61,943 nt of DNA. Origin: an uncultured Gammaproteobacteria bacterium. Its GTDB lineage: Bacteria > Patescibacteriota > Patescibacteriia > Patescibacteriales > UBA12465. The stretch covers positions 1 to 61,943 of the forward strand of contig CAYOTM010000003.1 of NCBI GenBank assembly GCA_964406935.1. Reading direction: 5' to 3'. Positions 1-10,471 of this stretch are shown in pieces. The stretch's first letter is position 1. Each line of letters begins with the position of its first letter. Position numbers and translations under genes: made by a program. The notes beneath the pieces were generated by a model. The model searched no databases. It saw nothing but the letters and a program-made list of their open reading frames with translations, and had not been told where the DNA came from.

Positions 1-85
1 TTTAGGTTTCTAGTAAGGCTATTTTATATTAATTAAAAAAATATGTCAAGAGTATTTTATCAGTTAATAATCTTAAATATTAACC

Positions 86-114
86 TTGACATAAAAAAAT
101 AATCATGATAATTT
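86..114 (+). promoter_or_regulatory. candidate sigma70-type promoter upstream of ORF 194
   Basis: TTGACA at 86-91. A/T-rich -10 candidates (GATAAT 107-112, TAATTT 109-114) lie 15-17 nt downstream. Confidence 0.3.
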
Positions 115-193
115 AAGAAGAATCTTTTTTGGTTGTTCTTTGAAAAAAAATCTACAAAATTTAGGATAAAATTCACTCAAAAACCCTATTATC

Positions 194-1120
194 ATGAAAA
201 AAATCAATCAAGCTGCCCCAATTTTCGGAGGAGTTGTTTTTCTTATTTTTGGGTTGATTATTACTCAACCAGCTTTTTCCCAGGCTGATGTTGTCAGTCA
301 AGTCAATCACAGTTTAGCTTTTTCCGCAGATGGACGGAGCTTCATTCTTTTGCCGGGGGCAACCGTTAGAACCAATCTGTTGCCAGCTAATGGCGATAAA
401 GAAATTACGATGAGTTGGACCGAGGGTGGCCGAAATCATCGATCAAGACAAACCGTCAATATTAAAGATGGTACATTATTAATCACCGAAGCTTTGCTTG
501 CTAATCAAAATCGGCGGACCGAAACCCCACCACCTCCACCACCAGTCACTAACTCTTTTGTCAGTGCCCGTACTCCAGCTAATAGCTACTCAACTAGGTT
601 GGCGATCGTCAACCAATCATCTCACCGTTGGCTCATTAGAGAGGGTAATTTTACTGGCCTAGCTTTAAAGCCAGGCCAATCCTCAGACAGCTTGAATGTT
701 CCCTTAGGCTTAATGCAGCTTATTTTATTAGTTGATTTGGATCGTGACTCTTTATCCAGTGGTCGTAACTACATTCAACAGGTAGTTACGGGGATCGTTG
801 TTAAAGAACAGTCCAAGTTTGTTGTCGCCGACACTCATCTACACATTCCTTTAACGGGAGGCAGAGCAACCTTTATTTTTTTCAACGAAACTCGTTATGA
901 GTTAGTCGGCGTCGGAAGCGCTGCCTTGGGAAACGTAATTGGGGCTAAAAAAAGAATGAGAAAAAAAATTCTTGTAAACGAGGGTTTTATCAATACTGCC
1001 TGGCAGTATATTGATGAGCAGGGCAATAAACGCCAAGCTCACTCCGAGTTTGTCATTTATAAGGGGAAAGTTCGTGTCTATATTAGAGACTCAGATCTGA
1101 GCTTATATAAAGCTCAATAA
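194..1120 (+). CDS. hypothetical secreted protein (signal peptide, poly-Pro linker)
   Basis: 308-aa ORF. N-terminal hydrophobic signal ends in AFSQA, and there is an internal PPPPPPP stretch. I recognise no family. A hairpin terminator follows. Confidence 0.6.
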   Translation: MKKINQAAPIFGGVVFLIFGLIITQPAFSQADVVSQVNHSLAFSADGRSFILLPGATVRTNLLPANGDKEITMSWTEGGRNHRSRQTVNIKDGTLLITEALLANQNRRTETPPPPPPVTNSFVSARTPANSYSTRLAIVNQSSHRWLIREGNFTGLALKPGQSSDSLNVPLGLMQLILLVDLDRDSLSSGRNYIQQVVTGIVVKEQSKFVVADTHLHIPLTGGRATFIFFNETRYELVGVGSAALGNVIGAKKRMRKKILVNEGFINTAWQYIDEQGNKRQAHSEFVIYKGKVRVYIRDSDLSLYKAQ

Positions 1121-1135
1121 TGAGTTAAAATCTAG

Positions 1136-1166
1136 CCCTTTGCTTCATACAAGCAAGGGGTTTTTT
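1136..1166 (+). terminator. rho-independent terminator
   Basis: Stem CCCTTTGCTT / AAGCAAGGGG (one G-U pair), 5-nt loop, then TTTTTT. Confidence 0.7.
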
Positions 1167-1244
1167 ATTATTCATAAATTAATTTTAAGCTCTAAAAATC
1201 TTTAAAAAATAAAAAATTTATTAAACTTAAGAGCATTTTTATCA

Positions 1245-1273
1245 TTGACCCGGGCACTTTATTTTGTTATAAT
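1245..1273 (+). promoter_or_regulatory. sigma70-type promoter (TTGACC-17-TATAAT, TG-extended)
   Basis: TTGACC at 1245-1250, a 17-nt spacer containing TGT, and TATAAT at 1268-1273, upstream of ORF 1348. Confidence 0.6.
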
Positions 1274-1347
1274 ATAGATAGGTTTTTCAACTGCTGGTGA
1301 CCCCAGTCGCCAATTTTTAGCTTGGAAAACATTTTATTTATTGATTT

Positions 1348-1995
1348 ATGATTATTACTTGGCAAGGACATTCTTGTTTTAAAATTCAAGACAAAATTAG
1401 CCCCGACGGGGTAACTGTAGTGACTGATCCCTTTGATAAAAAAATTGGCCTTAAGCCACCTTCTTTCGAGGCGAATATTGTGACAATTTCTCATGATCAT
1501 TTTGATCACAACAACGTTGCCGCTCTGCGAGGCAATCCTTTTATAATTGATCGAGCGGGCGAATATGATGTTAAGGGTGTGCTAGTAGAGGGAATTGAAT
1601 CTTATCACGATGAAAAGCAAGGATCGGAACGTGGTCCCAATATTATTTATCGACTTGTTTTAGATGATATTAGTGTTGTTCATTTAGGAGATTTAGGACA
1701 AGCCCTGGATAATGGTCAATTAGAAAAATTAGCTGGCACTGACATTCTGCTTATTCCAGTCGGTGGTAAATATACTTTAGATGCCAAACAAGCAGTGGCC
1801 GTGATTTCCCAAATTGAACCTCGAATTATTATTCCGATGCACTACAAGTTAGATAACGGAGGTTTAAAAGATATCGATGGCGTTGATAAATTTATTCGTG
1901 AGTTAGGATTGGAACCAACTAAAGAAGAAAAATTAAAAATTAATAAAAAAGATCTTCCTCAGGAAGATATGGAATTAATTATTTTAAGTTGTTAA
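1348..1995 (+). CDS. MBL-fold metal-dependent hydrolase (UPF0173-like)
   Basis: N-terminus MIITWQGHSCFKIQ, the SHDHFDH metal motif and the ~215-aa size are typical of the UPF0173 beta-lactamase-fold family. Confidence 0.8.
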   Translation: MIITWQGHSCFKIQDKISPDGVTVVTDPFDKKIGLKPPSFEANIVTISHDHFDHNNVAALRGNPFIIDRAGEYDVKGVLVEGIESYHDEKQGSERGPNIIYRLVLDDISVVHLGDLGQALDNGQLEKLAGTDILLIPVGGKYTLDAKQAVAVISQIEPRIIIPMHYKLDNGGLKDIDGVDKFIRELGLEPTKEEKLKINKKDLPQEDMELIILSC

Positions 1996-2052
1996 TCTCG
2001 CTTTTATTAGTTAAGCAGTTTTGTTGATTAATTTAAAGCAGATATAATTTTT

Positions 2053-2655
2053 ATGAATCATCCAAAAAAAGAAAGAACTTTGGTAATTTTAAAACCTGAT
2101 GCTGTTCAGCGAGGTTTAGTGGGCGAACTAATTAAACGCTTTGAAAATACTGGTCTTAAAATGATAGCCCTAAAAATGGTGTCAGCGACTGAAGATTTAT
2201 GTTGGCAACATTATAATAAAGATGAGGACTGGTTTTTAAAAAAGGGCGAATTGGTTATTAAAAATCGTCAGGATAGTAAATTATCAGTAGACAAAGCAGC
2301 GATTGATTATGGCCGCGACATTATTTCTGCTCTAGTAAAATTTATGACTGCCGGGCCGGTAGTGGCGATGATATTTTCTGGCAATCAGGCAGTTGGGATT
2401 GTTAAAAAATTAGTAGGCGGAACTGAACCATTAACTTCTGACGTGGGTACTATTCGTGGCGACCTAACTCTTGATTCTTATGAACTAGCTAACTACGATG
2501 GTCGGGCAGTCAGAAACTTAATTCATTGTTCTGACCAATCCTCGGAAGCCGAAAGAGAAATTGCTTTATGGTTTAGCGAGGAAGAGATTTTGCACTATCG
2601 CTTAATTGCTGAACAGATTTTATATGATGTCGATTTAGATGGTATTAAAGAATAA
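2053..2655 (+). CDS. ndk: nucleoside diphosphate kinase with internal insertion
   Basis: ERTLVILKPDAVQRGLVGELIKRFE and an active-site His in NLIHCSD. At 200 aa it carries roughly 50 extra residues compared with canonical NDK. Confidence 0.85.
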   Translation: MNHPKKERTLVILKPDAVQRGLVGELIKRFENTGLKMIALKMVSATEDLCWQHYNKDEDWFLKKGELVIKNRQDSKLSVDKAAIDYGRDIISALVKFMTAGPVVAMIFSGNQAVGIVKKLVGGTEPLTSDVGTIRGDLTLDSYELANYDGRAVRNLIHCSDQSSEAEREIALWFSEEEILHYRLIAEQILYDVDLDGIKE

Positions 2656-2672
2656 AATTATTAAAATTATTT

Positions 2673-3206
2673 ATGTCGGATAAAAAAAATGAAGTTTACC
2701 GACAAAAAAATAATAAAAACTTGTCTTTAATTATTGGCGTTAGCTTAATTACGTTTATGGTAGCCGTTTTATGGATTTTAAATTTTCGCCAAATAATTTT
2801 TCAGCCGCCGGCCAGCAGTGAAGTTGATCGTCAGTATTGGCAACAATTACAGGCGGAACTAGATGAAGACTTACAGGAGTTTACTTCTGCTTGGGAAGAT
2901 GTTCAAACTAGTGAGGAGTTGGCGCAGGGAGAGGAGTTAATTGATCAGATAAAAGAGCGCATCGAAAGCGATTTAGCTAATGAACTAGCTACCAGCACTT
3001 TAGAGTTTGCCGATGAACAGTTTAACAGCGAAGAAGATTTATTAGATGTTGATCAGCCAATAGAAAATATTGGCAAACTTCCGGTAGTTGAATCTGATAA
3101 AATTACTAATTGCCCAGAATTTATTAATTGTATGCCAGGGCCTGATAGAGTAGGCCCTTGTGTAGTACCTCCGGGCTGTGAGGAGATAACTTTAATTGCT
3201 TATTAA
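2673..3206 (+). CDS. hypothetical membrane-anchored acidic protein
   Basis: One N-terminal TM helix (LSLIIGVSLITFMVAVLWIL), an acidic coiled region and a C-terminal Cys/Pro-rich tail. It is tightly packed between ndk and gyrA. Confidence 0.55.
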   Translation: MSDKKNEVYRQKNNKNLSLIIGVSLITFMVAVLWILNFRQIIFQPPASSEVDRQYWQQLQAELDEDLQEFTSAWEDVQTSEELAQGEELIDQIKERIESDLANELATSTLEFADEQFNSEEDLLDVDQPIENIGKLPVVESDKITNCPEFINCMPGPDRVGPCVVPPGCEEITLIAY

Positions 3207-3215
3207 TTTATTTTT

Positions 3216-5723
3216 ATGGTGAAAAAAAATACTGACAACCAACCAGAAAGAATTTTGGCTAGCGATGAAGAACAAACTGAATTTGGAATAGTTAAAGGCC
3301 AACAGATTGTTGATGAAATGAGTCGTTCCTATTTAGATTATGCGATGAGCGTCATCGTTTCTCGCGCCCTACCTGATGTTCGTGATGGTTTAAAGCCAGT
3401 TCATCGCCGGATTTTATATGCCATGGGCAGCTTGGGATTGAGGTCAAATGCTAAATTTAGAAAATCAGCAACGGTGGTTGGTGAAGTTTTAGGTAAATAT
3501 CATCCTCATGGTGACTCGGCTGTTTATGAATCAATGGTGAGAATGGCTCAAGATTTTTCTATGCGCTATCCGCTCGTTAGAGGTCAGGGTAACTTTGGTT
3601 CAATGGATGGTGATGGGGCGGCGGCGATGCGTTATACTGAAGCGAAATTAGCTGCTATTTCTGAAGAAATGTTGCTTGATTTAGAAAAAGATACGGTTGA
3701 TTTTATTCCCAATTTTGATGGCTCTCAAAAGGAACCTCGAGTCCTCCCAGCTAAATTGCCCAACTTACTGCTTAATGGCACGATGGGGATTGCGGTTGGC
3801 ATGGCCACTAATATCCCTCCCCATAATTTACAAGAATTGGTAGCGGCAATTTCTCATTTAATTGATAATCCTGATGCCAGTGTTGAAGATTTAATGGCCT
3901 TTGTTAAAGGCCCAGATTTTCCAACCGGAGGAATAATTTATAATCAAAAAGATATTTTAAGCGCTTATGCCACTGGTAAAGGGGGAATTGTGCTACGAGG
4001 AGTGGCGGAGATTGAAGAACAAAAAGGAGGTAATTTTCAAATTATTGTCTCTGAAATTCCTTATCAAGTGAATAAAGCTGATTTAGTCGCTAAAATTGCT
4101 GATCTAGTAAAAGATAAAAAATTAGAGGGGATTAGAGGTTTGCGTGATGAATCTGATCGCGATGGAGTAAGAATTGTAGTGGAGTTAAAAAAGGATACCT
4201 ATCCTAAAAAAATTCTTAATTCTTTATATAAACACACTTCTTTGCAAACCACTTTTCATGTAAATGCCCTAGCTTTAATTGATGGCCTACAACCAAGAGT
4301 GATGACTTTAAAAATGATTTTAGAGGAATATATTAAACATCGCCAAGAAGTTGTTCGTCGTCGTACTCAATTTGATTTAAATAAAGCTAAAGATCGCGCT
4401 CATATTTTAGAAGGATTAATGATTGCTTTAAAAAATATTGATGCGGTTATTAAAACCATTAAAGCTTCTAAAGACAAAGAAGAGGCGAGAAAAAATTTAA
4501 TTAAAAAATTTAAACTATCAGAAAAGCAGGCGGTAGCTATCTTGGAAATGAGATTGCAGAACTTGGCTAACTTAGAGCAATTAAAAATCGAAAATGAGTT
4601 AAAGGAAAAAGAGCGCTTGATTAAAGAATTGGAAGCCATTTTAAAGTCAGCTGTGAAAATTAAAAATATTATTAAACAAGAAATTTTAGAATTAGGGGAA
4701 AAATTTGGAGATAAACGACGCACTAAAGTAGTTGCTCATGGGGTTAAGGAATTTAGTATGGAAGATTTAGTTCCCAATGAAGGCACAGTAGTAATGATGA
4801 CCCGTGATGGCTATATTAAACGTTTAGAACCAGATACTTTTAAGGTTCAAGCGCGGGGCGGCAAAGGAGTCATGGGTTTAAGCACTAAAGAAGAGGATAC
4901 GGTTGAATTTATGTTTACCACCTTTACTCATAGTGATATTTTATTTTTTACTACTCGGGGCCGCGTTTTTCAATTAAAAGCCTATGAAATTCCTCAAGCC
5001 TCTCGCACAGCCAAAGGCACGCCAATTGTTAATTTCTTACAATTAATTGGCGGTGAACAAGTAACTTCAGTTTTACCTCTCGATAAAATTGGTGGTAGTA
5101 AATATTTATTTTTTGCCACCGAAAAAGGTTTAGTTAAAAAAGTAAAACTAGAGGCCTTTGATAATGTCAGACGAAGTGGCTTATTAGCGATTAAAATTAA
5201 AGAAGATGATCGTTTAATCTGGGCTAAACCGACCTCTGGCTCTGATCATGTCCAATTAGTTAGCTCTAAAGGGCAGGCCATTCGTTTTAAGGAATCTGAT
5301 GTTCGGGATATGGGTCGTTCGGCGGCCGGTGTTCACGGTATTCGCCTGCGAAGTGGCGACACTTTAATTGGCATGGGGATTGCTAAAACTGATAAAGATA
5401 AAATGAAGGCTTATCAAATTTTAACGATTATGTCTAAGGGCTTTGGTAAATGCACTAATTTTAATTTATATAAAATTCAGGGACGGGGCGGTAGTGGCAT
5501 TAAAACTTCTAAGGTAACCGATAAAACTGGTCCCTTAACTAATGCCTTTTTAATTAATGCTGAAAGCATGGAAAGTCGCGATCTAGTTATTATTTCTGAA
5601 AAGGGCCAAGTTATCAGGTTACCTTTTAAATCAATTAATGTTTTAGGCCGCGATACTCAAGGGGTAAGAATTATGAGATTTAAAGATCCAAGTGATCAAG
5701 TGGCCAGCGTTACTTGGATTTAA
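3216..5723 (+). CDS. gyrA: DNA gyrase subunit A
   Basis: 835 aa. Contains GKYHPHGD, the catalytic-Tyr region [11 protein letters not shown], and C-terminal beta-pinwheel repeats. Confidence 0.97.
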   Translation: MVKKNTDNQPERILASDEEQTEFGIVKGQQIVDEMSRSYLDYAMSVIVSRALPDVRDGLKPVHRRILYAMGSLGLRSNAKFRKSATVVGEVLGKYHPHGDSAVYESMVRMAQDFSMRYPLVRGQGNFGSMDGDGAAAMRYTEAKLAAISEEMLLDLEKDTVDFIPNFDGSQKEPRVLPAKLPNLLLNGTMGIAVGMATNIPPHNLQELVAAISHLIDNPDASVEDLMAFVKGPDFPTGGIIYNQKDILSAYATGKGGIVLRGVAEIEEQKGGNFQIIVSEIPYQVNKADLVAKIADLVKDKKLEGIRGLRDESDRDGVRIVVELKKDTYPKKILNSLYKHTSLQTTFHVNALALIDGLQPRVMTLKMILEEYIKHRQEVVRRRTQFDLNKAKDRAHILEGLMIALKNIDAVIKTIKASKDKEEARKNLIKKFKLSEKQAVAILEMRLQNLANLEQLKIENELKEKERLIKELEAILKSAVKIKNIIKQEILELGEKFGDKRRTKVVAHGVKEFSMEDLVPNEGTVVMMTRDGYIKRLEPDTFKVQARGGKGVMGLSTKEEDTVEFMFTTFTHSDILFFTTRGRVFQLKAYEIPQASRTAKGTPIVNFLQLIGGEQVTSVLPLDKIGGSKYLFFATEKGLVKKVKLEAFDNVRRSGLLAIKIKEDDRLIWAKPTSGSDHVQLVSSKGQAIRFKESDVRDMGRSAAGVHGIRLRSGDTLIGMGIAKTDKDKMKAYQILTIMSKGFGKCTNFNLYKIQGRGGSGIKTSKVTDKTGPLTNAFLINAESMESRDLVIISEKGQVIRLPFKSINVLGRDTQGVRIMRFKDPSDQVASVTWI

Positions 5724-5746
5724 AATAAACAATTATTTTTCAACCT

Positions 5747-5769
5747 AAAACCGCTAACAGCGGTTTTTT
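5747..5769 (+). terminator. rho-independent terminator after gyrA
   Basis: AAAACCGCT-AAC-AGCGGTTTTTT hairpin plus T-run. Confidence 0.8.
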
Positions 5770-5975
5770 GTTTTTAGACTGTCAGTAGATTTCGCCCAAA
5801 GGTCAGGGTTATAGGGTTGGCAAATAAAATGGAGTTTAGGTTTTTATTAGAGCCCGAATAAGCAGTTATTAGAAGTTAGTAGTCTATTAAATAAAAATAA
5901 TCACTTAAAAAACAGTTAATCTTTAGTTAACTCAGAGTTTTTATGGTTTTTTTAAGTTAAGATGATAAGCTAAGT

Positions 5976-6003
5976 TTGCCTTTTGTAAGTTTAGCTCTAT
6001 AAT
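5976..6003 (+). promoter_or_regulatory. candidate promoter for rmuC
   Basis: TTGCCT at 5976-5981, a 16-nt spacer, and TATAAT at 5998-6003. Confidence 0.4.
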
Positions 6004-6046
6004 AAAATTGGAAACTATTCTATAATTAAAGTATAAAATAAACTAT

Positions 6047-7171
6047 ATGACTGACACTCTTTTAATTTTGTTAATTATTTTAATTTTAGGCGGTATTACG
6101 GCGGTTATTTTCCTATTATTAAAGAAAAAACCTGGTGGAAATGAAGATAAGTTGTTGCCTTTTATGGAGCGTTTAGCCCAGCAATCTGAACAGTTAAATC
6201 AGCTTAGTCGGCAAAATAATGAGTTGCGCCAGGAATTAGACCGTAAATTAAGCGAAACTCATCGGGCTAATCAAGGGCAGTTTGCCCAAACCACTAAAGT
6301 TATTCAAAATATTACCGGCCAATCAGCCAAGCTAATTGCTGAGGTTACGGAAAAGTTAGCTAAGTTAGATGAAACTAATAAACAAGTTATTAATTTTTCT
6401 TCTCAGCTCCAAAATCTTCAAGATATTTTAAAAAATCCTAAACAGCGAGGAGTTTTGGGAGAATATTATTTAGAGGAAACCTTAAAAAATGTTTTGCCGC
6501 CCAAATCTTTTCAAATGCAATATAAATTAGGTAAAGATGAAAAAACCAATAAAGAATTAATTGTTGATGCCGTGGTCTTTGTTAAAGATAAAGTGATCCC
6601 CATTGATGCTAAATTTTCTTTAGAAAATTATGAGCGCCTTCTTAATGCTAGTGATCCAGAAGTTCGCAAAAAATTAGAAAGTCAATTTAAACAAGATTTA
6701 AAAAATCGGATTGATGAAACCGCTAAATATGTTTTGCCAGAAAAAGGGACAATGGAGTTTGCTTTCATGTTTATTCCCTCGGAAGCAATTTATTATGATT
6801 TGTTAGTGAATTCAGTGGGAACAGTGAAAGTTAACACCCGAGATTTAGTAGAGTATGCTTTTCGTGACAAAAAAGTAATTATCGTTTCACCGACTTCCTT
6901 TTTGGCTTATTTGCAAACAGTTTTACAGGGTTTAAAGGCAATGCAAATTGAAGAAAAAGCTAAGGAAATAAAAATTAATATTGAGAAATTAAATAAACAT
7001 TTGTTGAGCTATGATGAGTTTTTAAAGAAATTAGGGATTAGTTTAACCACTAGCGTTAATCATTATAATCAGGCTTATGTTGAATTTAAAAAAATCGATA
7101 AAGACGTTGTCAAAATTACGGGCGTTGAACCCGCGGTGGAGCCAATGAAAATTGAGCCCCCTAAAAAATAA
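6047..7171 (+). CDS. rmuC: DNA recombination protein RmuC
   Basis: N-terminal TM, a long coiled coil, then an RmuC-type nuclease-like region (RGVLGEYYLEETLKNVLP, FMFIPSEAIYYDL). Confidence 0.8.
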   Translation: MTDTLLILLIILILGGITAVIFLLLKKKPGGNEDKLLPFMERLAQQSEQLNQLSRQNNELRQELDRKLSETHRANQGQFAQTTKVIQNITGQSAKLIAEVTEKLAKLDETNKQVINFSSQLQNLQDILKNPKQRGVLGEYYLEETLKNVLPPKSFQMQYKLGKDEKTNKELIVDAVVFVKDKVIPIDAKFSLENYERLLNASDPEVRKKLESQFKQDLKNRIDETAKYVLPEKGTMEFAFMFIPSEAIYYDLLVNSVGTVKVNTRDLVEYAFRDKKVIIVSPTSFLAYLQTVLQGLKAMQIEEKAKEIKINIEKLNKHLLSYDEFLKKLGISLTTSVNHYNQAYVEFKKIDKDVVKITGVEPAVEPMKIEPPKK

Positions 7172-7173
7172 TT

Positions 7174-8127
7174 ATGAAGCAGTCAGTAATTGATAGTGAT
7201 AATCAAAATATTGGTTTAGCTTTGCTTAAAAATTTAGTTTTTTTTGATTTATTTTATTATCCTCTGACTGCTTATGAAGCTTGGCGTTATTTGCCGCTAG
7301 AAGCTTCTTTTTTTCAAGTTAGACAAGCTTTAAAACTATTAGTCAGTCAGCAAACAATTGCCACTAAAAATGGCTTCTATTATTTAATCGGTCGTGAGAA
7401 AACCTTAATTTATCGACAACAGCGCTACCATTTTGCTAATCGTAAATTAAAAATTGCCCGACAGGCGGCTACTTTATTTAGTTATTTGCCATGGGTAAAA
7501 TTTGTCGCTCTTAGCAATTTAATTGGTCGTCACAATATGCGTGATGGTAGTGATATTGATTTATTTATTATTGCTGGGCATGGTCGTTTGTGGTTGAGTC
7601 GTTTATTTTGCGCTGGTTTAATGAAGATTTTAGGACAACGTCCCACTAAGGAAAATAAGCGGGATAAAATTTGTTTAAGCTTTTATGTCGATAGTGCCCA
7701 TTTAAATATTTCTGAGCTAGCTTTAAAGAGTAAAGATGACTGGTATTTTTATTATTGGTTAGCTGGCCTTTATCCTTTATATGATGAGGGTGGTTATCAC
7801 TTTCGTTTAATGAAAAACAATCAATGGTTAAAAGATTATTTACCCAATATTGATTTTTTATTAAGTAATCAGGCTTATACTCCCTCTTTAAAATTTCGAC
7901 CCAAATCCCACATAACCTCTCGCTTTATTAAAAATATTTTAGACAAATTAGAGGCCTGGTCGCAGGCTTGGCAGTGGAAAATTATGCCATCCGCCCTTAA
8001 GGACCTGGCTAATTTAGACTCTCAAGTAGTGGTGCAGCCAGGAATAATTAAATTATATTTAATTGATCGTCGTCAAGAATTTAGACAACGATACCATAAA
8101 CATTTAGCTGAAGTTTTAGAATCATGA
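7174..8127 (+). CDS. hypothetical protein, possible Pol-beta-type nucleotidyltransferase motif
   Basis: 317-aa ORF. GSDIDLFII resembles the nucleotidyltransferase G-S-x-D-x-D motif. Its stop overlaps the start of the next gene (ATGA). Confidence 0.55.
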   Translation: MKQSVIDSDNQNIGLALLKNLVFFDLFYYPLTAYEAWRYLPLEASFFQVRQALKLLVSQQTIATKNGFYYLIGREKTLIYRQQRYHFANRKLKIARQAATLFSYLPWVKFVALSNLIGRHNMRDGSDIDLFIIAGHGRLWLSRLFCAGLMKILGQRPTKENKRDKICLSFYVDSAHLNISELALKSKDDWYFYYWLAGLYPLYDEGGYHFRLMKNNQWLKDYLPNIDFLLSNQAYTPSLKFRPKSHITSRFIKNILDKLEAWSQAWQWKIMPSALKDLANLDSQVVVQPGIIKLYLIDRRQEFRQRYHKHLAEVLES

Positions 8128-9437
8128 AATCTTTTACTTATCCAAGTTTTAACCCTCCCTTTAAAATTTTATTAATTTTAACTATTTTTAGTTTACCCTG
8201 GCAGACTAAATTAATTTTAAGACCAGCCCCAATTAATTATTGGGAGATTAGTTTGTTTTTGCCGATGATTTTATTGCTAATTATCACTTTATTTAATTGG
8301 CGTTTATTATTAAAAAACTTTCAGTCAAAAAAAATTTTTTCAGCAGCAATTGTTTCTTTAGTTGTATTAGAATTTTTTATTATTATTTCTTTGTTTTTTT
8401 CGCCAGACGTGTATTTATCGTTGTGGCGCTATTTAGTATTTTTATTGGCCGCTATTTTGTTTTTATTAGTTAGACAATTATCAAAAAGAGAGAAAAAATG
8501 GGCGCTATTTTCATGGTTAGTGGCAATATCCGGGCACGCCTTAGTCGGTATTTGGCAATTTTTAAGTCAAGATTCGGTTGCTTGTAAATATTTAGGTCTA
8601 GTTAATCATCAAGCGGCGCGCTTGGGGACTTCAGTGGTTGAAAGTTCAAGTGGCCGCTGGTTAAGGTCTTACGGCGGTTTTGATCACCCCAATGTTTTGG
8701 GCGGTCTAACTGCCTTATCGTCTTTACTGATAGTTGATTATTTATTAACCGAAAAAATTAAACAAAGTAGAGAGAAAATTTTTTTGTTAGTAGTTTATTT
8801 TATTTTAGTAGCTGCTTTGTTTTTTTCATTTTCTCGGAGCGCTTGGTTGGTTTTTATTTTTGGCCATTTATTTTTATTAGGTAAAACTTATTATTATAAA
8901 TTAGATAAACAAAGAATAGCGTTTTTATTAGGGGCTACCATTGTTTTGCTTAGTTTTTTAATAATTCCTTTTCAAGATTTAGTAAGCACGAGATTATTAA
9001 TGAAAGGACGTTTAGAGAATATTTCAATTACTGAGAGACAAGACAGTTTAAAGCAATTAAGTTTTGGTTCTGGGTCGCAGTTTTTATTCGGTCGAGGCCT
9101 GGGAGCGTCTACTTTCTGGCGAGCTCAAGTTGATGAGCAGGCAGGTTTAGTTAAACCCAGCTTTTTATATCAACCAATTCATAATGTTTGGTTATTATTA
9201 TGGTTAGAGATTGGTTTTTTTGGAGTTTTAGCTTTTTTCTTATTCTTGCTTAGCTTAGTAATTAAATTAATCAAAACCAAACAATTATTTAATTCGGCAG
9301 CTATCTTAGTTTTGTTAACCTGGCTAGTGCTATTTATGTTTGATCATTGGATAGTTTCTTCACCGCTTGGTTGGTGGTCGCTATTTTTTAGCTTGGCCCT
9401 GATAGACGCGGGTGACGATAAAATAATTATTTTGTAA
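8124..9437 (+). CDS. O-antigen ligase (Wzy_C) family polytopic membrane protein
   Basis: At least 10 hydrophobic helices. Wzy_C-like SFSRSAWL and periplasmic-loop IHNVWLLLWLEIGFFG motifs. Confidence 0.7.
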   Translation: MKSFTYPSFNPPFKILLILTIFSLPWQTKLILRPAPINYWEISLFLPMILLLIITLFNWRLLLKNFQSKKIFSAAIVSLVVLEFFIIISLFFSPDVYLSLWRYLVFLLAAILFLLVRQLSKREKKWALFSWLVAISGHALVGIWQFLSQDSVACKYLGLVNHQAARLGTSVVESSSGRWLRSYGGFDHPNVLGGLTALSSLLIVDYLLTEKIKQSREKIFLLVVYFILVAALFFSFSRSAWLVFIFGHLFLLGKTYYYKLDKQRIAFLLGATIVLLSFLIIPFQDLVSTRLLMKGRLENISITERQDSLKQLSFGSGSQFLFGRGLGASTFWRAQVDEQAGLVKPSFLYQPIHNVWLLLWLEIGFFGVLAFFLFLLSLVIKLIKTKQLFNSAAILVLLTWLVLFMFDHWIVSSPLGWWSLFFSLALIDAGDDKIIIL

Positions 9438-9638
9438 AAATAATAAATCAGTAATTAAATTTTCTAAACTAACAATAATTATCTGACTATCAATTATTTT
9501 TTGGTCAGATATTTTTTCTTTAATCACCTTTAAAATAGCTGCTAGGGTAGCAAAATAATCATCACTATAAACATGAAAGTTAACACTCTTTTCATCTTGA
9601 AGTAGTTGCCAACTAGGCATTAAATAATATTTTTTCAT
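9381..9638 (-). CDS. hypothetical small protein translationally coupled to radC
   Basis: 85-aa ORF. Its start overlaps the radC stop by 4 nt. Its 3' end overlaps the convergent Wzy_C ORF by 57 nt. Confidence 0.4.
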   Translation of the reverse strand: MKKYYLMPSWQLLQDEKSVNFHVYSDDYFATLAAILKVIKEKISDQKIIDSQIIIVSLENLITDLLFLQNNYFIVTRVYQGQAKK

Positions 9639-10318
9639 ATTAAACTAATAAATTTATTGTCAGCAATAATTAAATGATCAAGTAAACTGATGCCTAAAAT
9701 ATCGCCCGCTTTTTTTAAATTTTTAGTAATCACTAAATCCTCTGGGCTCGGCTTAAGATTGCCTGAAGGATGATTATGAGCAATAATAACGGCGGCCGCT
9801 AGCTGCAAAATAGCTGGCTGAAAAACTTCTCGGGGGTGGATTAAGCTGGCATTAATCAGGCCACTAGAAATAATTTCCTCGTGAATTAATTGATAGTGAT
9901 TATTTAAATATAAACCCCTCACTTGTTCTTTAATTAAGCCGCGCATATCAACTAAATAATTAAAAACATCTCGTGAGTCTCTAATAATTAATTTTCCTTG
10001 GTTTTCTTTTTGGAAAAAACGTCTTCCCAACTCGAAGCAGGCGACTATCTGGCAAGCTTTATTTAAGGGGATATCAAATTCTTTAGCTAGAGTTTTGGCC
10101 TGCACTTCTTTAATAATATTTTTCTCTCCATAATCTTTAAGGAGGCGAGTAGTCATTGTTAAGAGATCTTCTTTTTTAGTGCCTGCTCCTAAAATTAAGG
10201 CCAATAATTCGCTAGTTTTTAGTCGACCCGGTCCCTGAGCGATTAATTTTTCTCGAGGACGATTTTCGGGGGCCAGCTCTTTAATTTTGAAGCAATATTT
10301 TTGACTAGAGTCAGGCAT
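9635..10318 (-). CDS. radC: RadC-family JAB/MPN domain protein
   Basis: N-terminal helix-hairpin-helix region and the C-terminal JAMM motif HNHPSG. Confidence 0.9.
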   Translation of the reverse strand: MPDSSQKYCFKIKELAPENRPREKLIAQGPGRLKTSELLALILGAGTKKEDLLTMTTRLLKDYGEKNIIKEVQAKTLAKEFDIPLNKACQIVACFELGRRFFQKENQGKLIIRDSRDVFNYLVDMRGLIKEQVRGLYLNNHYQLIHEEIISSGLINASLIHPREVFQPAILQLAAAVIIAHNHPSGNLKPSPEDLVITKNLKKAGDILGISLLDHLIIADNKFISLI

Positions 10319-10471
10319 TTGATAATTGATTAATTTTTAACAGTAAAATTAAAGGATTAAATTCACCTTTTAATTATAAGTTAGATGTGATAAATTAAAG
10401 TTAAAGATAGAAAATATTATTATTTTTTATTAATTTTTATTAATTATTTTATATTATATTAAATAAAATTT

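Noticed and set aside
4400-4723. Antisense 107-aa ORF within gyrA, and similar shadow ORFs. These are 1267-1509, 10747-10968, 13710-13904, 15553-15780, 20186-20371, 32459-33224, 37564-37851, 38350-38682, 40448-40636, 42985-43302, 43029-43358, 45081-45269, 46247-46450, 47886-48083, 51615-51824 and 53425-53610.
   Set aside because: Each is fully embedded in a confidently identified longer gene. They are short, lack recognisable motifs, and are expected by chance in AT-rich DNA with few stop codons on the antisense strand of A-rich codons.
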